This document shows, in pieces, positions 18,961 through 27,289 of a DNA stretch of 64,000 nt. The notes under the pieces are model-generated. The model saw nothing but the letters and a program-made list of their open reading frames with translations, was not told the DNA's origin and did no database searches. The stretch's first letter is position 1; each line of letters begins with the position of its first letter. Source of the stretch: Bacteroidota bacterium. GTDB lineage: Bacteria > Bacteroidota > Bacteroidia > Bacteroidales > B39-G9. A program made the translations under genes and the position numbers. The DNA lies in assembly GCA_015222055.1 (NCBI GenBank), contig JADFUR010000116.1:93658-157657 (forward strand), in the 5' to 3' direction.

Positions 18961-19980
18961 TTAATAAGCAGCCTTAAATTGTCTTAAGAATCGAACGTCA
19001 TTTTCAAAGTATAAACGAAGGTCGTTAACTTGATATTTTAGCATAGCTAATCGTTCAACACCCATTCCAAAAGCAAAACCGGTATATTTTTTCGAATCAA
19101 TATTATTGCTTTCTAAAACATTTGGGTCAACCATTCCGCAACCCAAAACTTCGAGCCAGCCTGTGTGTTTACAAACATTACAGCCTTTACCTCCGCATAT
19201 CTTACAAGTAACATCCATTTCAGCCGAAGGTTCGGTAAATGGGAAATAAGATGGGCGTAATCTAATTTTTGTTTCTTTACCAAACATCTCTCTTGCAAAA
19301 TAAAGCAAAGTTTGTTTTAAATCGGTAAACGAAACATTTTCGTCAATATATAAACCTTCAACCTGATGAAATATGCAATGTGCTCTTGCAGATATTGCTT
19401 CATTTCTAAAAACACGGCCGGGAAAAAGTGAGCGAATAGGAGGCTTTTGAGTTTCCATTACATGCACTTGCACCGATGAGGTGTGAGTACGTAATAAAAT
19501 ATCAGGGTCTTTTTCAATAAAGAAAGTGTCTTGCATGTCGCGTGCAGGATGTTCTTCTGGGAAGTTAAGTCCTGAGAAAACATGCCAGTCATCTTCAATT
19601 TCAGGGCCTTCGGAAACTACAAAACCAATACGTGAAAAAATATCAACAATTTCGTTCCTAACAATTGATATTGGATGACGTGTGCCCAATTCAGTTGTGT
19701 CGCCAGACATTGATAAATCTAAAGAATTTTGTTGCTGTTGAGTGTCTTCTAAGCTGTTTTTTAAAGATGTTATTTTTTCAATAACAGTGTTTTTTAATTT
19801 ATTTATTGTTTGCCCAAAGTCTTTTTTTTGTTCAACAGGTACGTTCTTAAACTCAGAAAACAATTTTGTTATTTCTCCTTTTTTTCCAAGAAAATTTATT
19901 CTAAATTTTTCAATCTCTTCAATATTTTTTGCTGAAAATTGTTCTGCCTCTTTTATGAGTTTTTTTATTTCTTCAAGCAT
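18961..19980 (-). CDS. pheS: phenylalanine--tRNA ligase alpha subunit
   Basis: Class II aaRS motif 2 (FRNEAISARAHCIFHQVEG) and motif 3 (GFAFGMGVERLAM). 339 aa. Confidence 0.96.
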   Translation of the reverse strand: MLEEIKKLIKEAEQFSAKNIEEIEKFRINFLGKKGEITKLFSEFKNVPVEQKKDFGQTINKLKNTVIEKITSLKNSLEDTQQQQNSLDLSMSGDTTELGTRHPISIVRNEIVDIFSRIGFVVSEGPEIEDDWHVFSGLNFPEEHPARDMQDTFFIEKDPDILLRTHTSSVQVHVMETQKPPIRSLFPGRVFRNEAISARAHCIFHQVEGLYIDENVSFTDLKQTLLYFAREMFGKETKIRLRPSYFPFTEPSAEMDVTCKICGGKGCNVCKHTGWLEVLGCGMVDPNVLESNNIDSKKYTGFAFGMGVERLAMLKYQVNDLRLYFENDVRFLRQFKAAY

Positions 19981-20183
19981 CTTCTAAAAATTTAATTAAG
20001 ATGCAAAATTAAATAAAAAACTACATTTTTTTATTAGTTTATCATATTTAATTTCAAAGTCATTAGCTAAATATTAGGTATTTATATTAAAGCTTGTTTA
20101 TTGTATATTCAAAACTCTAAATTTTTTAACCTCTGAACTCTAGTCGTTCATCAATAATAATTTTTTTTTAACAGATTATTCCA

Positions 20184-20191
20184 TATATTTG
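20184..20191 (+). promoter_or_regulatory. -7 TAnnTTTG promoter element upstream of the giant PKD protein gene
   Basis: TATATTTG, 43 nt before ATG 20234. Confidence 0.4.
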
Positions 20192-20233
20192 ATTATAATT
20201 TAGGAGTCTGTATTTTATTTAAATCTTCTTGTC

Positions 20234-23200
20234 ATGAAAAAAAAATATCTAAAAATTATATGGTTTTTTATTGCCTTTTTTTGTGCTAATAATATATTTG
20301 CACAAACTCAAAGCACGGTAAGTTTTGATGTTTTGAGTGGTCCTGGACCTATTCAAGGAGGCGAATGTGCTCCATTATCTGTCTCGTTTAATAATACAAG
20401 TGTTATTAATCCGGCAGATACTGCAGAGCTTGTATATTCTTGGAGTATAGTTAATTCAGATTTCGGAAGTCCTGTTGACTATCAAGGGGTCTCTTTCCCC
20501 GACTCTATTTTAATGGCAGGGAATTATGATGTATACCTTTCAGCCAATAATAATTCTGGATTTTTAGGAGATGCTTCATACAAATTTAGCATAAATGGAT
20601 CAACGGGAAAGTTTGATATTCATCCAAGTAATAATGTATGCCCTGGAGAGAGAATAAGTGTTGGCTATAATTATCCCAACAAATCAATTTCGTGGGATTT
20701 TGGCGATGGTTCACCAACCGCAGGTTTTAATTGGCCAGAGCATACATACGAAACTCCAAATGTTTATGATGTTACTCTATTTCTGCAAACAGAAAATTGT
20801 GGAGCAGATACAATTACTCAACAGGTAACAGTTTCAGAAAGTGCAGTGCCTGTTGTTGATATTTCTGTGGGAGAAAAATTTTGCCCTTATGACGATGTGC
20901 ATTTTGATTGTAATTATGAGCAAGACCGTGTTCAAAGTTATTTGTGGGATTTTGGCGATGGGTCTACTTCAGTAAATAAAGCACCGGTTCATAAATATTC
21001 AAAAATAGGTGACTATACAGTTTCCCTTACGATTACAAATGTTTGTGGAAATACAGGATCAAAAGAAACAACAGTTGTTGTTGATAATGAAAATATTGTT
21101 TATTCTGATTTTGGCTATTCGTTTGAAGGTTCATCGTGTCCTCAAAGTGTGGTTCAATTTCAGCCGTGGGGAGTAGGTAATTGCTTTTGGGATTTTGGCG
21201 ACGGAAACACTTCAACTCAATTTAGTCCACGACACTCTTATGCCGATATAGGGTCTTATGAAGTAACATTAATTATATCGAATAATTGTGGTAGTATTGA
21301 TACAAGTAAAACTACTCTTGAGATATATTACGATCCTCAATTTAATCCTCCAACAGCAAATATTGCTTTTGAAAATCAAGAAGAAGTTGTTGAATCAATA
21401 ACAGTATGCCCGGGTGAAAAAATTTCTTTTAAAAATTATTCTTGGGGCGAAAATTTATCTTATGAGTGGGACATGGGATATGGAGAGAAATTTTATACTA
21501 GAGATGTAACTTATTCTTATCCACTTGAAGGAAATTATTGGGTAAAAATGACTGTTCGAAATAATTGCCAAGCAGTAGGTGTCGATTCTTTATTTGTTAA
21601 TGTAAATCCTGCTGTGCAACCAACTGCTCGTTTAAGAGCTATTCCTGATACTATTTGCTCTGGGGAAAAAGCCCTTTTTTACAATGTTCTTTCCGAAATG
21701 GGTGAAGATAATTATGTCTATGATGTGTGGTTTGGCGATGACGATTTTTTAACAAATGTTATTAAGCCTAACGATACTTTGTTTAATATCATTTCACATA
21801 AATATTCCTCCCCTGGTCTTTATCCCTACAAATTTAAAGTGACAAATTTTTGTGGTAATTCAGATTCTATTACAGGGCAGATTGTTGTAGATGATACTCC
21901 AACAAGAAAACCTTGGTATTATATTGAAAATTCATCAGGAAATCACGATGGTGAAGTTATGATTTGTCCAATAAAAGAAGATTCTATAATTTTTATTCAA
22001 TTTAAAGATACAATAGCAACAATTGGAACTGTTATGCATGAAGGCGATCCAATGCCTAATATCGTTTCTGTTAGCTCTTTTCATCAAGACACTACAGATT
22101 TTATGATTATGTTTAATGATGATGGGGAAGGGTGTCAGTCGATGGCTGATTATGGTTATGAAGAAACTGGCGATGGCGATACCATAACTTTTTTTTCTGG
22201 TCCAGGCGATGGTTGTTATGAAAGAGAACAATTACTTAACAACAATACATTCTTTTGGACTGGTGATGATGAAAGAGCAATTTGTCCCGGAGATCCGGTT
22301 GACTTTACAATTGTTGGAGGTGTGTCTTATGGATGGCATTTTGGCGATGGCTCTCCAACAAGTTCAGAACAACTCCCTTCACACGCATATGCCGACGTAG
22401 GAACTTATGAAGCATATTGTATAGCTACAAATGTTACAGGAAGAATAGATACTCTTTACACAACAGTTCTTATAAATTCAAAGAATTTCCCGGATGCTTG
22501 GATTGAATTATCAAATTATGAAAATGTTTTTGTAAACGATACTGTTTTCTTTAATGCTCATGTAGATAAAGATCAGGGTAAATATTATAATTTTGTATGG
22601 GACTTTGGCGATGGTAGTCCAAATCCTTCCGGAATGAATCCATTCCATATCTTTCATAAACCAGGAGAGTATAAAATAAGCCTAACAGTAGTTAATGGTT
22701 GTGGTTATTCAACAACTTCTCAAATTGTTTATGTTGATTATACACCCGGAACTTGTAGTGCTTTCTTTAGCTATTTGCCAGATATGGCAAACAAGTCTGT
22801 TCAGTTTAATGACGAGTCGTTTGGCGATAACATTACTAATTATCAATGGGATTTTGGCGATGGAGATTTTTCAAATGAAAAAAATCCTTACCATTTATAT
22901 GATTCTTATGGTTTCTATAATGTTTGTTTATCTGTTTTTGATTCTATTAGTGGTTATAGCGATGAGTCTTGTCAAAATATTCCACTTGTTAACGATACAG
23001 TTACAGCTTGTAATGCAAGTTATGATTATGAAGTTAATGGTAAGCAAGTTGCATTTTTTAATACATCATTAGGAAATATTACTGAATATTATTGGGATTT
23101 TGGCGACAATAAATATTCAACACTTAAAGATCCAATTCATAACTATGATGAAGATGGATATTATAATGTTTGTTTAACTGTTTTTGATTCTGTAAGTGGA

Positions 23201-26200
23201 TGTATTAGTGATTATTGTGATGAAATGGCGGTTATTGAAGATACACCCAATTTTTTTCATGCAAATTTTAATTATTTCGCTAATAATAGAAAAGTAACTT
23301 TTACTAACAAGTCAAGTGGCAATGTTACAAATTATTTATGGGCGTTCGACGATGGTCATTATGCATATACCCAAAATCCTGTCCATACTTATAATGAACC
23401 CGGATTTTATCATGTTTGTTTGTCAATTTACGATTCAATCTCAGGAGAACTTGACGAAGCTTGTAAAAATGTTATTGTTGTCGATACTTCACAGGTAACT
23501 TGCAACGCCGATTATTCATATTATATTAACGGATTAGACGTTTCATTTACAGATAATTCTCAAGGCAATATTTCTAACTATTTATGGGACTTTGGTGATG
23601 GTGCTTATTCATATAGCAAAAATCCATCTCATTATTATTACAAACAAGATTATTATCCTGTGACATTGTCTATTTACGATGATGCATCTGGTTGTATGGA
23701 TGAGTTTACAAAAGTATTGATGGTAGTAGATTCTACACAGGCTGCATGCCATGCTCAATTCACATATGGCTTAAACAACAAACAAGTTTCTTTCTCAAAT
23801 ACTTCTAAAGGAAAAATTACGAATTACCTTTGGGATTTTGGTGATGGTAGCTATTCTTACGAAGAAAATCCTACACATGACTATCAATATTCAAATTACT
23901 ATCCTGTGGTATTGTCGATTTATGACAGCATTAGCGGATGCATGGATGAGTTTTATAAAGTAGTGGTTGTGGTTGATACTACTCAGGCAATGTGTAGTGC
24001 AAACTACGAATCTCATTCAAAAGGAGATACAGTATTTTTTACTAATACTTCTGAGGGTAATATAACAGATTATTTTTGGGATTTTGACGATGGTGAATAT
24101 TCTTATGATATTGACCCTACTCATGTTTATAATAATTCAGGATATTATCTTGTAAGCCTTACTTCTTATGATGCAGAATCTAATTGCTTATCAAATTATA
24201 GCAACGTAATATTTGTTATTGACACAACTCAAGAAAATTGTAATGCAAGGTTCAATTTTTATACAGAAGGAAATACTGTAAACTTCACAGCCGATGCCGT
24301 AGGAACATATACAAACTTGTTCTGGGATTTCGACGATGGATATAATAGTAATCAACTAAATCCTTTACACACTTATAAAAAATCGGGATATTACAATGTA
24401 ACGTTTGCTGTTTTTGATACTACAACTAATTGTTTCGATACAAGAAATAAAATTGTTTTTGTTGAGGGAACAGGTTCAAGTGATGAGTGTAAAGCAGATT
24501 TTTCTTATTATCCTGATAACACTACACTCGAAGTGCAATTTTCTGATAAATCTTATGGTACTCCAGTTGCTTGGTATTGGGACTTTGGAGATAATTCTCC
24601 CGCAAATGATTTAAAAAACCCTGTTTATAGATATTCAAAATCGGGTTATTACAGAGTGAGTTTAACAATTATAAATTCAACAGGTAATCAAAAAACTGTT
24701 AGTAAGTTTATTGCAGTTGGTGATGTTTCAAACAGTAGCACTTCTTACTTTACTTATTTGGCGGATTCTGTAACAAGTACAGCATATTTTAATAATGAAT
24801 CTCTTGGTAATATTAATTCTTATTTATGGGACTTTGGTGATGGATATACTTCAGAACAAGAAAATCCTTCTCATACTTATCAAGATACAGGTTATTATGC
24901 AGTTTGTTTAAAAACTTTTTCTGAAAGCGATGTGACTAAAATTTTCTGTAATGATGTTCGAATTGGTAATGCCCTTGCTAACCCTTGTTTATACTCATGT
25001 GTATGGCCAGGTGATGCAAATAGTGATTTGGAAGCTAATCATTACGATATTATGACAATTGGATTAAATTATGATTTAACAGGTCCAAAACGTGACGATG
25101 CTTCATTGCTATGGATTGGTCAGTTTAGTCAAAATTGGTCAACATATCAGATTGATGGAACAAACAATAAATATGGTGATTGTAACGGCGATGGAATAAT
25201 AAATAATATTGACACATTGGCAATTAAACAAAATTTTGCATATAGTCATTATTATCAACCAAATTCAAAAGCAAAAAATGATTGGATTTTGAGCTGCGAT
25301 TGGGATAATGCAAAAGTTGGTGCTAGTAAGGCTAGGGTTAGACTTAGTCCACCCTTAGGTAAAGCAACTTCTGATATTTATGCAATAGGATACGAAATTT
25401 TAGTTAAAGGTGGCGAAGGAATAATATTTAGCAAAACTCAGGTTAACTTCAATGGGAGTTGGTTAGGTACCGATGGTGATAATTTGTTAACATTCTATCA
25501 ACTAGATTCTGTAAAACAAAAAATATATATTGGCGTATCTCGAATAGACCATAAAGATACATCTGGAGCAGGCGATATTACCAATCTTTATTTTGAGTTT
25601 AAAGATGGATACGGACCGGAAAATGTTTCTTTTGAGGTAACAACTCAAGGAGGTATTGTCTCTTCCGGTGAAAATGTTGAAGTGGAAGGTGTATTAAACG
25701 TATCTCTTGGAGCTGATAAGTCTATTTGTGAAGGAGACACAGTAACTCTTGATGCAGGCGAAGGTTTTGTGTCTTATCTATGGTCCACAGGAGGAACAAA
25801 TAGCCAAATTTTAGTTTCGAAAGAGGGTACATATTCGGTTACTGTTATAGATTCGACCTCTACCATTAGCAACGATACAATTAAAGTCGTTGTTAATCCA
25901 CTACCAACTGTTGAAATTGGTGAGAGCCATGAGAGTGCAGACTCTGTAATTTTAGATGCTGGCTCAGGATTTGTTGAATATTTGTGGTCTGATGGCACAA
26001 CTCAACAAACAATGATTGCTAAACATACAGGTCATTATTATCTTACTGTAACTGATGAGAATGGTTGTCAGGGATTTGATACAACTCATGTACACATATT
26101 AGGTATAACTCAGCAGGCAAATGATGTTAAATTTATTGTATTCCCTAATCCAAATAAAGGGATATTTAAACTATTCTTAAATAGTAACAATAATGACGAT

Positions 26201-26371
26201 TTGGTTCTTCAAATTATTAACATTCAAGGACAAATTGTTTATCTCAAAAATGTTGCGAATGTTAAAAATTATAAAGATGAAATTAATGTGTCAGATTTGC
26301 CTAAGGGTATTTATTACCTGAAAGTTAATAAAGGATATCTGTTTAAAGTCCAAAGGATTGTTATTAATTAA
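20234..26371 (+). CDS. giant T9SS-secreted surface protein with ~16 PKD-like modules, dockerin-like and cohesin-like modules and two Ig-like modules
   Basis: Signal peptide (NIFAQ). About 16 occurrences of the PKD signature WDFGDG (or variants), each followed by xxPxHxY...Y.V.L. A dockerin-like pair of Ca-loop segments (GDANSDLEANHYD, GDCNGDGIINNID). T9SS C-terminal sorting domain (FIVFPNPNKGIFKL...GIYYLKVNKG...IVIN). Confidence 0.9.
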   Translation: MKKKYLKIIWFFIAFFCANNIFAQTQSTVSFDVLSGPGPIQGGECAPLSVSFNNTSVINPADTAELVYSWSIVNSDFGSPVDYQGVSFPDSILMAGNYDVYLSANNNSGFLGDASYKFSINGSTGKFDIHPSNNVCPGERISVGYNYPNKSISWDFGDGSPTAGFNWPEHTYETPNVYDVTLFLQTENCGADTITQQVTVSESAVPVVDISVGEKFCPYDDVHFDCNYEQDRVQSYLWDFGDGSTSVNKAPVHKYSKIGDYTVSLTITNVCGNTGSKETTVVVDNENIVYSDFGYSFEGSSCPQSVVQFQPWGVGNCFWDFGDGNTSTQFSPRHSYADIGSYEVTLIISNNCGSIDTSKTTLEIYYDPQFNPPTANIAFENQEEVVESITVCPGEKISFKNYSWGENLSYEWDMGYGEKFYTRDVTYSYPLEGNYWVKMTVRNNCQAVGVDSLFVNVNPAVQPTARLRAIPDTICSGEKALFYNVLSEMGEDNYVYDVWFGDDDFLTNVIKPNDTLFNIISHKYSSPGLYPYKFKVTNFCGNSDSITGQIVVDDTPTRKPWYYIENSSGNHDGEVMICPIKEDSIIFIQFKDTIATIGTVMHEGDPMPNIVSVSSFHQDTTDFMIMFNDDGEGCQSMADYGYEETGDGDTITFFSGPGDGCYEREQLLNNNTFFWTGDDERAICPGDPVDFTIVGGVSYGWHFGDGSPTSSEQLPSHAYADVGTYEAYCIATNVTGRIDTLYTTVLINSKNFPDAWIELSNYENVFVNDTVFFNAHVDKDQGKYYNFVWDFGDGSPNPSGMNPFHIFHKPGEYKISLTVVNGCGYSTTSQIVYVDYTPGTCSAFFSYLPDMANKSVQFNDESFGDNITNYQWDFGDGDFSNEKNPYHLYDSYGFYNVCLSVFDSISGYSDESCQNIPLVNDTVTACNASYDYEVNGKQVAFFNTSLGNITEYYWDFGDNKYSTLKDPIHNYDEDGYYNVCLTVFDSVSGCISDYCDEMAVIEDTPNFFHANFNYFANNRKVTFTNKSSGNVTNYLWAFDDGHYAYTQNPVHTYNEPGFYHVCLSIYDSISGELDEACKNVIVVDTSQVTCNADYSYYINGLDVSFTDNSQGNISNYLWDFGDGAYSYSKNPSHYYYKQDYYPVTLSIYDDASGCMDEFTKVLMVVDSTQAACHAQFTYGLNNKQVSFSNTSKGKITNYLWDFGDGSYSYEENPTHDYQYSNYYPVVLSIYDSISGCMDEFYKVVVVVDTTQAMCSANYESHSKGDTVFFTNTSEGNITDYFWDFDDGEYSYDIDPTHVYNNSGYYLVSLTSYDAESNCLSNYSNVIFVIDTTQENCNARFNFYTEGNTVNFTADAVGTYTNLFWDFDDGYNSNQLNPLHTYKKSGYYNVTFAVFDTTTNCFDTRNKIVFVEGTGSSDECKADFSYYPDNTTLEVQFSDKSYGTPVAWYWDFGDNSPANDLKNPVYRYSKSGYYRVSLTIINSTGNQKTVSKFIAVGDVSNSSTSYFTYLADSVTSTAYFNNESLGNINSYLWDFGDGYTSEQENPSHTYQDTGYYAVCLKTFSESDVTKIFCNDVRIGNALANPCLYSCVWPGDANSDLEANHYDIMTIGLNYDLTGPKRDDASLLWIGQFSQNWSTYQIDGTNNKYGDCNGDGIINNIDTLAIKQNFAYSHYYQPNSKAKNDWILSCDWDNAKVGASKARVRLSPPLGKATSDIYAIGYEILVKGGEGIIFSKTQVNFNGSWLGTDGDNLLTFYQLDSVKQKIYIGVSRIDHKDTSGAGDITNLYFEFKDGYGPENVSFEVTTQGGIVSSGENVEVEGVLNVSLGADKSICEGDTVTLDAGEGFVSYLWSTGGTNSQILVSKEGTYSVTVIDSTSTISNDTIKVVVNPLPTVEIGESHESADSVILDAGSGFVEYLWSDGTTQQTMIAKHTGHYYLTVTDENGCQGFDTTHVHILGITQQANDVKFIVFPNPNKGIFKLFLNSNNNDDLVLQIINIQGQIVYLKNVANVKNYKDEINVSDLPKGIYYLKVNKGYLFKVQRIVIN
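22754..24967 (+). repeat. in-frame tandem array of nine ~82-aa PKD-like modules inside the giant surface protein gene
   Basis: Nine head-to-tail units, most of them of pattern C-x-A-x-F/Y-x-Y...V.F.N.S.GNIT.Y.WDFGDG.YS...NP.H.Y...GYY.V.L...D. The period is ~245 bp. The units sharing GCMDEF (near 23700 and 23940) are the most alike. Confidence 0.85.
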
Positions 26372-26387
26372 TTTTTTCAATATTTTT

Positions 26388-26414
26388 AAAAGGCGGTTTA
26401 TACCGCCTTTTTTT
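26388..26414 (+). terminator. rho-independent terminator after the giant PKD protein gene
   Basis: AAAAGGCGGT / ACCGCCTTTT, a 10-bp stem with a TTAT loop, followed by a T-run. Confidence 0.8.
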
Positions 26415-26487
26415 ATTTCATTTTTATAAAATATAAAGTAAAATTTAAACGTTCAATTTTTTTAAGCGGTTTTTAAAAAAAATAGAT

Positions 26488-26495
26488 TATTTTTG
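26488..26495 (+). promoter_or_regulatory. -7 TAnnTTTG promoter element upstream of gldF
   Basis: TATTTTTG, 20 nt before ATG 26515. Confidence 0.45.
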
Positions 26496-26514
26496 TCAAT
26501 TAAAAAATTATCTG

Positions 26515-27246
26515 ATGTTAACATTATTTAGAAAAGAAATAAATGTATTCTTTAGCTCATTAATTGGATATATTGTTATAATAGTTTTTTTATTGGCGAA
26601 TAGTCTTTTAATGTGGATACTCCCTGGTCAATTGAATGTGTTAGATAGCGGATATGCTAACATTGACACGCTTTTTTTTATTGCACCTTGGGTTTTTATG
26701 TTTTTGGTTCCGGCGGTAACTATGCGATTGTTTGCCGACGAAAAAAAATCAGGAACCATTGAGTTGTTATTAACTCGTCCTTTAACAGAGATTCAAATAA
26801 TATTATCAAAATATTTTGCAGGACTGGTAATTGTTTTGCTTTCAATATTACCAACAATTATTTATTTTTTGTCGGTTTATTTGTTGGGAAGTCCAGTTGG
26901 CAACCTAGATGTTGGAGGTACTTGGGGCTCATATATTGGTTTGTTTTTTTTAGCGAGTATTTATTCAGCAATTGGAGTTTTTTCTTCATCAATAACCGAG
27001 AATCAAATTATATCTTTCATCCTTTCTCTTATAATATCCTTTATGTTTTTTATTGGATTTGAAACAATTAGTTCATTAGGCGTTTTTGAAAGAATAAGTT
27101 CAATAGTTCTTGCTATTGGTATTAACGAACATTACATTTCGATGAGCAGAGGAGTTATAGATATTCGAGATGTTGTTTATTTTATTAGTGTTATTACAGT
27201 ATTTTTGCTTTTTACTAAAATAGTTTTACAAAGCAGAAAATGGTAA
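26515..27246 (+). CDS. gldF: gliding motility-associated ABC transporter permease
   Basis: 243-aa polytopic ABC-2 type permease. FRKEINVFFSSLIGYIV start and FADEKKSGTIELLLTRPL segment are characteristic of GldF. It lies directly upstream of gldG. Confidence 0.88.
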   Translation: MLTLFRKEINVFFSSLIGYIVIIVFLLANSLLMWILPGQLNVLDSGYANIDTLFFIAPWVFMFLVPAVTMRLFADEKKSGTIELLLTRPLTEIQIILSKYFAGLVIVLLSILPTIIYFLSVYLLGSPVGNLDVGGTWGSYIGLFFLASIYSAIGVFSSSITENQIISFILSLIISFMFFIGFETISSLGVFERISSIVLAIGINEHYISMSRGVIDIRDVVYFISVITVFLLFTKIVLQSRKW

Positions 27247-27289
27247 TATTGACCTAAGGCATTGTCTAGTCTTTATTCAAAATTTAACA

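Noticed and set aside
22695-23072. Alternative-frame and antisense ORFs inside long genes. Examples: 22695..23072, 21935..22231, 22209..22400, 24405..24614 and 25774..25998 within the PKD gene; 6696..6977 and 7113..7322 within the oxidoreductase gene; 62091..62330 opposite the topA tail.
   Set aside because: They lie fully inside much longer ORFs that carry clear family motifs. Their translations are low-complexity or hydrophobic, as expected from AT-rich shadow frames, and none has its own promoter or start context.
22754-24967. The ~245-bp periodicity could be a CRISPR-like or satellite repeat array.
   Set aside because: The units are in-frame protein modules (PKD-like) in one continuous ORF. 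Repeat identity is concentrated in the WDFGDG-coding core, there is no short-repeat/unique-spacer organisation, and there are no cas genes.
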